Positions 22,138-30,620 of a stretch of 64,000 nucleotides of DNA are shown here, piece after piece (within the stretch, counting starts at the first letter, position 1; each line of letters begins with the position of its first letter). Below the pieces are notes generated by a model that did not search any database, had not been told where the DNA came from, and saw only the letters and a list, made by a program, of their open reading frames with translations. Source of the DNA: an uncultured Planctomycetota bacterium (GTDB taxonomy: Bacteria; Planctomycetota; Planctomycetia; Isosphaerales; Isosphaeraceae). Location: contig CAWJTV010000011.1 in the NCBI GenBank assembly GCA_963845755.1, positions 1 to 64,000 of the forward strand, given 5' to 3'. A program made the translations under genes and the position numbers.

Positions 22138-22758
22138 TCAGGCTGTGCCATCGTCGTACGACATCCACTTGCTGCGGATCCGTCCCAGCCGCCGCTCGAT
22201 CGAGCGATCGGTGCAGCCGTACCGATCGGCGATCTCGTGGTTGGTGTAACCTTCCAGCCGTAAGAGCGCGATCTCGCGCAGCTCCGGATCGGCCAGCGCC
22301 TCTAACCGACGCTCCAGCGCCTCGTTGAGCACGGCCGCTTCGTCCGCTGACGGACCGGACGCTTCCATCTGTTCGAGCGCCCAGTGAGTCGACTCCGCCT
22401 CCTCGCTGCCCGCGATCGTCTGCTCGCGGGACACGTCGCGGCGGTCCCTCCCATGCTTCTTGGCTGTGTTCCGCGCCTTGCGCAGCGTGATCGTCACCAG
22501 CAGGTTCCAGAGCGCATCCCGGTCCGACAGGTCGAACTCGCCCCGCTGCTGCCGCAGGCAGAAGCTCTTGTACATGCTCTGGACCACATCCTCCTCGTCC
22601 TCGCGCGTGCGAATCCGCTGGTTCAGGTTGTTGCGGGCGAGTTCCAGGAGGTCGCGGAAATATCGCCGCCAGATCAAGAGCGCGGCCTGTTCGCGCTCGG
22701 CCGGGTCCTCGGAACGCAGGAGCTGGATCAATCCCGTAACCGAACCGTGGCGAACCAT
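22138..22758 (-). CDS. ECF-type sigma factor (planctomycete kinase-associated)
   Basis: GSVTGLI, DEEDVVQS, LWNLLVTIT, LEGYTNHEIA...RSIERRL. Confidence 0.9.
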   Translation of the reverse strand: MVRHGSVTGLIQLLRSEDPAEREQAALLIWRRYFRDLLELARNNLNQRIRTREDEEDVVQSMYKSFCLRQQRGEFDLSDRDALWNLLVTITLRKARNTAKKHGRDRRDVSREQTIAGSEEAESTHWALEQMEASGPSADEAAVLNEALERRLEALADPELREIALLRLEGYTNHEIADRYGCTDRSIERRLGRIRSKWMSYDDGTA

Positions 22759-23052
22759 GGCGCACAACCCTCGATCTCGAAGTCAGTCCTGGCGAGTCTC
22801 GACGGGCGCACTGGCCCTCTCCTCGTATTCCATCAACACGACACCCGCCAACCCGACAGCCGATCGTCGAATTATCTCAGAAGTGAGACGGGAGATTAAT
22901 CCCCAGAAATCTGCCACGTGAAGAAATCCTGTCGGCTTGGATGGGCGGACGTTGATCGTCTCCCCGGTCGCCAGCCAGAAGGGTCGCGACACTTGACCAG
23001 GCGGGGACCCGGGCCGACTCCCGAACATCCTTCCAGGAGAGGATCGCTTCCG

Positions 23053-23967
23053 ATGATGACACTCGAAATCAACCCGCCGCGGCACGATCGGCACGAACCC
23101 CAGCGCAGACCAGTCGTCTCTCGGAACCTGGTCCTCGTGGCGAGCGAACCTTCTCGGGGTCCTGACAGTGCGGGCCCGGGCCGGAGCGGTGCCGGCGGGA
23201 GCCGATCGCAATCGACGATCGCCGGACCGAACGGTTTGGATTGCACGCGGGTCGCGGCCCATACCATGGTCGGATCGGCGGCATGGTGTCGTCGTCGGTC
23301 TGGGCAGCCCCGGGTCAGCCCCCGGTCTGAGGATCCCGTCGGTGCCGCGCCGAGCCGCTTATCGGGCCTGCCCGAGGACTTCGCCGGGATCCGGGACGTG
23401 ATGGACCAGGAGGCGACCGGCTGGGAGGACCGCGACGCCATCGCCGGGGCGATCGTCGCGCTCCGGGCCGCCGACGCCGTGATCGTCGGCCCGCTGACTC
23501 CGGACGATGCCAACGCACCGGGCCTGCTGCCGCACCTCGTCGACCTGACCGGCCGGGCCTATCGTGCCCTGCGCCCACCGCGGGAGCTGATCGTCCACCC
23601 GGCCTTCGCGCAGGTCGCCCGGCAGTTCCCGTTCATCCAGATGAGCCGCCAGGAAGCTCGCTCCCTGGGGGCCGGCGCCAGCGATCTCGGCATCCTGGCG
23701 CAGAGCCTCCGCCGCCTCCAGGGCGACGCGGGCGAGTTCGCGATCACGGACTTCCGCCGTCGCGGGCTGCTCTGGGCCGATAATGCCTGGTGGGAGATCG
23801 AGCCGATCGGGGACGTCGATGAATCGGTCGCCGGGGCCGTCTTCTGCGTGGCGTGGGTCGTGGCGCGGCGGTTCCGCCGGGCCGATGCAGCCAAGGCGCT
23901 GGCCTACGCCCACGCCGTGACGGCCACCGCCGTGAATTCGGTCCGGACCCGGTTTCGGTCGGGGTGA
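23053..23967 (+). CDS. Degenerate PfkB/ribokinase-fold protein
   Basis: C-terminal pattern FIQMSRQEARSL, AITDFRRRG, DVDESVAGAVF, ALAYAHAVTATAV. Confidence 0.5.
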   Translation: MMTLEINPPRHDRHEPQRRPVVSRNLVLVASEPSRGPDSAGPGRSGAGGSRSQSTIAGPNGLDCTRVAAHTMVGSAAWCRRRSGQPRVSPRSEDPVGAAPSRLSGLPEDFAGIRDVMDQEATGWEDRDAIAGAIVALRAADAVIVGPLTPDDANAPGLLPHLVDLTGRAYRALRPPRELIVHPAFAQVARQFPFIQMSRQEARSLGAGASDLGILAQSLRRLQGDAGEFAITDFRRRGLLWADNAWWEIEPIGDVDESVAGAVFCVAWVVARRFRRADAAKALAYAHAVTATAVNSVRTRFRSG

Positions 23968-24508
23968 GGCCGGGCGCGTCTGGTTCGAGGCTAATCACAC
24001 GCGTCGCAAAGTTTCCGTGAATTTTTAAGTCTCAGCCACATCCAGGGTTGCGCCGAGGAAATGCGCGAATTCCCCCATAAGTGCATTAACGGATTTCAAA
24101 ACCTGTGTTATACTATTATTAGGGACTATGCGCACGCACATTCCGGGAATCGTCTTGGTCTACACGTCTTGGCATTTCTTGACCCCGGACTGCGGAGTAA
24201 CGACCAGAGTTCCAGCCGAAACCGCGCCGAAAAGTTGCCGACGCGTGCCAGCCACGGCCGCCGGACTTCCGCCCGAAGTACCGGGGGCAACAGACATTAT
24301 GTCACGAGTGGGGGACTGGGCCGAGTATGGCGCAGTGCCAGGGCCAGAGGTGCGCTACGAGTCTCGACAATCTGGCTTCCATGAGGCGGCCCGAGGATTT
24401 TCATCAGTGGCGATTGGCGTCTCGAGTTCATCCGATGGTGGAGCAGGATCTCTCATGGAAGACGATCCTGATTCCCGAAGTGGGATGAGTGCAACGGCTT
24501 CCCGGCAG

Positions 24509-25681
24509 TCACGCCCGATCATCCAGCAGCCAGAGGGCGATCGGCAGCGCGTTGTGGAACGGCGGATCGGTGCGCGAGGATTCCATCGCGGCGCCCACGC
24601 GGTGCGCGCGGTCGAGCTCGGGCGCCTCGACGAGGCGCGGCAGGCCGCAGAACTCGCGGGTCTCGGCCTCGACGCGAACGGCCGTCGAGTCCGGCGCGGG
24701 CCGGTAGAGCCGGAACGTCTCACCCGCTTGCCCATCGGGTCCCGTCGCGGTGATCGTCACGCCCATCACGCGGGGTTCGGGCCAGGGGTCCGCGTGCGCC
24801 GGCCGGGTCGAGATCCGGACGGAGATGGTCCCCCGCGGCCCGAGGAACTCGGCGTGCAACGTGGTCTCCGACGAGGAGGTGCTTCGTTCCGGCCGGCCCT
24901 GGGGCTTCCAGCCGAGCTGGCCGGCCAGCCAGGCTGCCAGCCAGATGGCGATGCGCGGCGTCCGGTCCGGCTCGCGTGCGAGGGCCTCGATGTGGACCGA
25001 GTCGATCCGGTCCAGGGCCCCGACCGCGCAGGTTGGGTCGAAGCACTGCGCGACCAGCTCGCGCCAACGGGTCAGGCCGAACCAGACGGTGTCGCGACTG
25101 AACGGGCAGACGGCCGGATCCAGGCCCAGACGGACCGCCTCGAGCTCGGCGCCGGGGTCGGGCAGGTCGAGGATCAGGCGCGAGCATTCGTCGGCCAGGG
25201 CGCGGAACAACTCCTCGTTCGACCGCGGGTCGCCGGTCCACCAGAGGACCACGGGCAGTTCGGCCTCGAGCAAGGGCCGCACGGCGCCGGGGACCAGGTC
25301 GATCGCCGCGGGACCGGCCCGGAGCACGATCCGCTCGGAGCACACCTGCGGCAGGCCCGGGGCGGGCAGGTGGCACAGTGCCGAGACCTCGGCCGCGATC
25401 CGACGCTGGGGATCGTCCGACCCGAGCACCACGATCGCCCGGCAGGGGAATCGCGTCGTGACCGTCTCCAGCACCTCGCCCAGCGATTGGGCGTCGCCGT
25501 CGAGTCGCTCGACCACCAGGTTCGCCAGCGCGATCCGCGTGACGTGCGAGCTCTCCGGATCCGGGCCGTCGAGCGGCTCGGCCGCCGGCCCCCAGAGCTT
25601 CGTCAGCTCGGTCTCGATCTCATGGAGCGCGACGGGTATCCCCTGGCCACCGAGGAACGAATCGGTCGTCGAGTCAGGCAT
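24509..25681 (-). CDS. opcA: Glucose-6-phosphate dehydrogenase assembly protein OpcA
   Basis: IETELTKLW, PCRAIVV, VCSERIVL, LPVVLWW, WLAGQLGW. Confidence 0.85.
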   Translation of the reverse strand: MPDSTTDSFLGGQGIPVALHEIETELTKLWGPAAEPLDGPDPESSHVTRIALANLVVERLDGDAQSLGEVLETVTTRFPCRAIVVLGSDDPQRRIAAEVSALCHLPAPGLPQVCSERIVLRAGPAAIDLVPGAVRPLLEAELPVVLWWTGDPRSNEELFRALADECSRLILDLPDPGAELEAVRLGLDPAVCPFSRDTVWFGLTRWRELVAQCFDPTCAVGALDRIDSVHIEALAREPDRTPRIAIWLAAWLAGQLGWKPQGRPERSTSSSETTLHAEFLGPRGTISVRISTRPAHADPWPEPRVMGVTITATGPDGQAGETFRLYRPAPDSTAVRVEAETREFCGLPRLVEAPELDRAHRVGAAMESSRTDPPFHNALPIALWLLDDRA

Positions 25682-25841
25682 CGCTGGGGCCTCCCACTTT
25701 CCCGGATCCCCGCCGCGCGATCTCGCGTCATCCGCACGCGCCGGCTCGACGGGGTTTTCTCGGGAGACCACCAGGATACACTAAAGAGAGTCTCGCTGTA
25801 CCCGGGCGACTGGAATCTCGGGGAGGAGTGCCGAGCCGGGC

Positions 25842-26441
25842 ATGAAGATCACATTTCCTTGCACCCGTTGCGGGAGGTCGCTCAAGGCCAGAGAGAATGC
25901 CGTGGGCCGCACGAGGAAGTGCCCGGTTTGCGCGACCCGCGTGACCTGTCCCGAGCCGGTCTCCGCGGCCCAGCTCGTGGATGCCGATGTCGTGTCAACG
26001 GCGCCGGCCGCCGACGGGCCCCGAGTGAACCCCTACGCAAACCTCGAGGACAGCGGCGCCTATGATGTCGTCGGCGCGGGTACGGGCGCGGATTCCCCGG
26101 TCGAAGCGCGCCGACCTTGTCCCATGTGCGGGGAGACGATCCTGGCATCGGCGGTCAAGTGCCGCTTTTGCGGTGAGGTCCTCGACCCGGCGCTCAAGAA
26201 GGGCAAGAGGTCGCGGAGACGGTTCTCGCGACGCGGCTCCGATTCCCATCCGGCCGCGGCTCGCGACGTGGGCCTTGGCATCCTCCTGGCGGTCCTGGGG
26301 ATCGGCCTGACGGCCTTCTCGTACGCGAGTGCCACCGCGAACAGCAAGGGCCAGGCGGGATTCTGGGTCTATTACGGACTGATCGGGGGCGGGATCGTCG
26401 GGATCATCCGGGGGATCTACGGCATGGTGCGATGGGGCTAG
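25842..26441 (+). CDS. Zinc-ribbon membrane protein
   Basis: CTRC/CPVC and CPMC/CRFC pairs; two C-terminal TM helices. Confidence 0.8.
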   Translation: MKITFPCTRCGRSLKARENAVGRTRKCPVCATRVTCPEPVSAAQLVDADVVSTAPAADGPRVNPYANLEDSGAYDVVGAGTGADSPVEARRPCPMCGETILASAVKCRFCGEVLDPALKKGKRSRRRFSRRGSDSHPAAARDVGLGILLAVLGIGLTAFSYASATANSKGQAGFWVYYGLIGGGIVGIIRGIYGMVRWG

Positions 26442-26544
26442 AATCGGCCCCACGCTCGGGACAGGCCCGCGATCCTGTTCCGGACGGGGAGAGATCCGGG
26501 TATGTTGGAGCAGGATCCAGGAAAACGGGGAGGGTAGCGAGTTC

Positions 26545-27246
26545 ATGCCTGCCGTCGTCTCGTGTCAGTGCGGAGCCCGGGTTCGGGTTCCCGAATCCCC
26601 CACCGGACTGGCGGTCCGCTGCCCGCGGTGTAAGGCCGAGCTGGCCGTGCCGGGCGCCGGACCGATCGTGACATCCGCGCTGGCCGACCCGCAGGGCCTG
26701 GGGGCGACCTGCCCGATCTGCCAGACGGCGATCGGTCGCGACGAGGCGGTCATCACGTGCCCGGTGTGCGACCAGGTGCATCATCGCGAATGCTGGAGCG
26801 ACGTCGGCGGCTGCGCGACCTATGGCTGCGAGAACGCGCCCAAGGGCGAGAAGGCCACGCCGGCGGAGACGCCGCTCTCGGCCTGGGGCGATACCAAGAA
26901 GTGCCCGGCCTGCGGGGAGACGATCAAGGCGATCGCCCTGCGATGCCGCTACTGCGGAACCGATTTCGACACGGTCGATCCACTGAGCCTCAAGGACCTG
27001 CGCGGCCGGGTCGTCAAGGAGGAGCGGCTCCAGGCGACGCGGAGCACCGTGGTCGCGCTGTTCATCCTGAGCCTGCTGGGCTGCCTGGCCCCCATCCTGG
27101 CGATCGTCGCCCCGTGCTATATCCTGCCCAAACGGGCGACGGTGGCCCGGGCCGGGCCCGTCTACCTGATCATGGGCTATTCCGCGATCGGGATTTCGGC
27201 CGTAGAATCGATCTTGTTGCCGTTGTTCTGGCTGTTCTCGCAGTGA
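26545..27246 (+). CDS. Membrane-anchored prokaryotic RING finger protein flanked by Zn ribbons
   Basis: CPICQTAIGRDEAVITCPVCDQVHHRECWSDVGGCATYGC (Prok-RING_1 pattern); C-terminal TMs. Confidence 0.85.
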   Translation: MPAVVSCQCGARVRVPESPTGLAVRCPRCKAELAVPGAGPIVTSALADPQGLGATCPICQTAIGRDEAVITCPVCDQVHHRECWSDVGGCATYGCENAPKGEKATPAETPLSAWGDTKKCPACGETIKAIALRCRYCGTDFDTVDPLSLKDLRGRVVKEERLQATRSTVVALFILSLLGCLAPILAIVAPCYILPKRATVARAGPVYLIMGYSAIGISAVESILLPLFWLFSQ

Positions 27247-27330
27247 TGGTCCGAATTTCATCAACCAGGTCCACAGGAGCGCGGTCGCTCCCCATGGCTC
27301 GAGGCCGGGGAATCTGCCGCGACGAAAGCG

Positions 27331-28639
27331 TTGAGCGCGTCGGCCGGGAGATCGCTGTTGGCCTCGGTACGCGAGGCGGGCACGGCATGTCCTCACTGTA
27401 TGACCGAGGTCGTGGCGGGCGATCCGGTCGTCATCTGCCAGGCATGCGGGACGGTGCATCACCAGAGATGTTGGGACGAGCGGTCGGGGTGCGGCTCGTA
27501 CTCCTGCGCCCCGGCGCGGCGACCCGAGATCGCGGCGGACCCGACCGAACCCGTCCTCCTGATCAGCCAGGCGGAGATCGAACGCGCCATCCCGCTCAGC
27601 GCAGGTGCGCTCCCACTCCGCGCAACCCCGCCCGAGAGCCGGACCTGGAACCCGGCCGTTCCCTCGCCAGCGAGTCGGACGCCGGCCAAGCCCCGGGTCA
27701 GCCGGTTCGCGATCGCCTCGCTGATCTGCGCCCTGGTGGGAATCTTCCCATTCGGCATCGTCACGGGCTTGATTGCCGTCGTGCTGGCCCTGGTGGCGAT
27801 GAGTCAGATCCGCACCCAGGCCCAACGCGGGGTCTGGGTTGCCGCCTCCGGCTTCCTGATGGGGATCGTCGTCTTCGTGGGCTGGGCCGTCGTCCTGGTG
27901 TGGTTCGCCTCGAATCCCGGGCTCACCACCGAGTTTCTCTACTCCGAGCCGCCCCCCGACCTCGCGATGATCCAGGAGCTCGAGCCGCCCCTCCAGCGCG
28001 CCATGCGGGCCAACGTCCTCATCGAGCGGAACGTCGGGATGGCCCTCCTCGGCGGCAAGGCGATCGGATCGGGGGTGATCCTCCGCATCGACCGGGGCCA
28101 GGCCGTGATCGTGACTAACCGCCATGTGGTCGACCCCGCTTTCCCGTCCCGCAACGACAATGCCGCCGAGCGGCTCTCGCAGGTCGGCCGCCTGACCGTC
28201 CGCATGCTCGGCCAGCCCGACTGCGAGGGGCAAGTCGTCTGGATGGCCCCCGGCCAGGTCGACCTGGCCTTGGTCCGCGCCGCCTGCACCCCCACGACCG
28301 GCGCAGGCCGCCTTCTGGCAGAAGGCCCGTCCCATGAAAGTCGGCCAGATCGTCTTTGCCATCGGCAATCCCCACCAGCTTGGCTGGACCCAGACCCAGG
28401 GCGTGATCTCCCAGTTCCGGATCCGGCCCATCGACGATCGCCGGATCCGCGTCATCCAGACCCAGGCGGCCATCAATCAGGGCAACAGCGGCGGCGGCCT
28501 CTACGACCAGGAGGGTTACTGCCTCGGCATCAATACCTGGACCGCCGACAAGCGGATCACCGAGGGGATCGGCTTCGCCATCGTGCTCGACACCCTCCTC
28601 GACCTGTCGCCGGCGCCGCTGGAGATTTCCAAGGAATAA
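27331..28639 (+). CDS. Prok-RING + DUF4190 TM + trypsin-like serine protease fusion (frameshift near 28310)
   Basis: CPHC...CQACGTVHHQRCWDERSGCGSYSC; FAIASLICAL; triad VTNRHVV / DLALV / INQGNSGGGL; true start may be ATG 27246. Confidence 0.82.
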
Positions 28640-28684
28640 TCCTCCCCTTCGTGGGGGAAGGGAAACACGAGGGCCCATGCGACG

Positions 28685-29419
28685 ATGAGCACCGTTCGGC
28701 TGCGTCGGCTCCAGGCGGACTACGACCGGCTGCGGGAGTACGTCAACCGGCACCCCCGGTTGCAACTGATCCAGGCCGAAGGGACGCCGCCGGAGCGCTA
28801 TCAACTGGAGTACCGGATCCGCAGCTTGCGGCAGAAAGACGACGACCTCTCGCTGGTCAAGAGCCACATGGTCGAGATCGCGCTGCCGCTGAACTATCCG
28901 CGGCTGCCGCCGCAGTGCCGGATGCTCACGCCGATCTTCCATCCCAACATCGCCCCCCATGCGATCTGCATCGGCGACCACTGGAGTCCGGGCGAGCCGC
29001 TCTGGTCGATCGTGGCGCGGATCGGGGAGATGATCGCCTACCAGAGCTACAACACCAAGAGCCCGCTCAACGGCGAGGCCGCGCGCTGGGTCGACCAGCA
29101 TCTCGGCGAGCTGCCGCTGGACCCGGTGAGCATGATGCCCGACGATGCAGGAACCGGCGCCGCGACGTTGCCCTCGACCAGTCCCCCGCGTCCGGAACCG
29201 CCGCCCGCGCCCCGCATCGTCCCGCCGCCACCCCCCGTGCCCCCGCCCGCGCCCGCATCGCCGGCCGCCGCCGCGGTCGGACCGGCGCCTCCCGCTCCGG
29301 AAGCCGATCGCCATTTCGCGTGCCCCCAATGCGGCTCGATCGCCCGATGGCGTCCCGAGCTGGTCGGGAAGCAGTTGCGCTGTCCGCGGTGCCACACGGT
29401 GTTCCGATGCCCGGGATGA
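28685..29419 (+). CDS. Ubiquitin-conjugating enzyme E2 (UBC fold) with Pro-rich linker and C-terminal Zn ribbon
   Basis: RLRRLQADY helix 1, LPLNYPRLPP, TPIFHPNIAPHAIC, WSP, SPLNGEAA. Confidence 0.92.
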   Translation: MSTVRLRRLQADYDRLREYVNRHPRLQLIQAEGTPPERYQLEYRIRSLRQKDDDLSLVKSHMVEIALPLNYPRLPPQCRMLTPIFHPNIAPHAICIGDHWSPGEPLWSIVARIGEMIAYQSYNTKSPLNGEAARWVDQHLGELPLDPVSMMPDDAGTGAATLPSTSPPRPEPPPAPRIVPPPPPVPPPAPASPAAAAVGPAPPAPEADRHFACPQCGSIARWRPELVGKQLRCPRCHTVFRCPG

Positions 29420-29904
29420 GGAATGCCATGGGACCGGACCCGTCGAACACGATCGAGAGCGAGCCACCCGACGCCGCACCGAGCCGGGCCCGCCGCCATC
29501 GCGAAGTGCTGGCGGTCGCCTGCGCGGTCGTGATCCTCGCCTTCCTGTTCGTGGAGGTCTCCGGCGGCCGGGTCGCCGTGCGCGGGTTGACCGGCTACCC
29601 CCTCCCTGAAAGCTGCCTGTCGCGGACCTGGTTCGGACTGAAGTGCCCCGGCTGCGGTCTGACCCGCTCGATCGTCCACCTGGCGGAAGGGGACTGGCGG
29701 GCCTCCTGGCGGAGCCACCGGCTCGGTGGTCTCATGGCGGCGGTGATCGTGTTTCAGATCCCCTATCGTCTGATGGCCCTGCGCAGGCCCGATCGACACC
29801 TGATCCCGGATCGCTGGCTGGCCGTCTTCGGGTATGTGCTGATCGGGCTCTTGATCGGGAACTGGTTGATGGATGTGGTGGGCGGCCAGGTCGGCTCGGC
29901 TTGA
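29416..29904 (+). CDS. DUF2752 membrane protein
   Basis: CLSRTWFGLKCPGCGLTRS...GDWRASW; ATGA overlap with the E2 stop. Confidence 0.85.
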   Translation: MRNAMGPDPSNTIESEPPDAAPSRARRHREVLAVACAVVILAFLFVEVSGGRVAVRGLTGYPLPESCLSRTWFGLKCPGCGLTRSIVHLAEGDWRASWRSHRLGGLMAAVIVFQIPYRLMALRRPDRHLIPDRWLAVFGYVLIGLLIGNWLMDVVGGQVGSA

Positions 29905-30015
29905 TGGTCCAGGCTCGGCCGGTTAGCCCTGCGGATCGGGCTTTGGGGCTGACCGTGGGATCGTCGTCACTTAGACTATGCAAGGTGGGTTCTGACTTGC
30001 GAGGCCAGAGAGGGC

Positions 30016-30309
30016 GTGGACATGCTGAGGTACAAGGCAGGCTACAAGTTTGTCGAAGGCGGGGTGCACGCCCAAGTGCTGGACTTCCCCGCGGCCATCA
30101 CTTGCGGCGGCGATCTGGCGGAAGCCCGACAATTGCTCGCCGTGGCGTTGATCGACGTGGCGGAGACCGCGTTGGAGTTGGGACAGCCCCTGCCGATCCC
30201 CGATCCGCTGGTCAACGATGTGGAGATGGACATCGAGGAGCCGATCTATCTCCACCTCAGAGCAAGCTCCGCGGTCGAAGAGGTACCAGCGGGGGTGGTT
30301 GCACCGTGA
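30016..30309 (+). CDS. hicB: HicB-like antitoxin
   Basis: LDFPAAITCGGDLAEARQLL...GQPLPIP. Confidence 0.8.
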   Translation: MDMLRYKAGYKFVEGGVHAQVLDFPAAITCGGDLAEARQLLAVALIDVAETALELGQPLPIPDPLVNDVEMDIEEPIYLHLRASSAVEEVPAGVVAP

Positions 30310-30491
30310 AGCGGACAGACCTTCTCCGCCATCTGCTCGCGCACGGTGGTCGGTTGCTGCGTGAGGGCCGAGGACACTCGGTGTGGGTCAACCCGGCGAA
30401 CGGACAGCAGGGCTCGATCCCGCGTCACCGGTAGATCAACGACTATACCGCTCGCGGGATCTGTCGCCAGTTGGGCGTTCCCGAGCCATGA
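30306..30491 (+). pseudogene. hicA: HicA toxin with internal amber stop
   Basis: VKRTDLLRHL...REGRGHSVWVNP...IPRHR*INDYTARGICRQLGVP; TAG at 30432-30434. Confidence 0.8.
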
Positions 30492-30620
30492 AGCGAGGCG
30501 AAGCCGTGCCTTGGCGGGCGTTGTCTCCAAGGGTGTGATCTCGCTATAGTGACACCGCGAGACTCCGACGCGAGAGGATCCCGGCCGGAACTGCCGGCGT
30601 TGAACCCAGGGGCTTAGACG

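Noticed and set aside
24128..26065. 645-aa ORF and other long antisense ORFs (37-1458, 26404-28476, 44645-46453, 48335-49930, 56598-58424)
   Set aside because: Shadow frames of real genes in high-GC DNA with no recognisable motifs
27331..29904. Single 857-aa RING-to-DUF2752 fusion
   Set aside because: The middle is an off-frame read-through of the protease end and E2 gene caused by the frameshift
30432..30434. Pyrrolysine or amber readthrough in hicA
   Set aside because: No pyl context; a simple nonsense change or base error is more parsimonious
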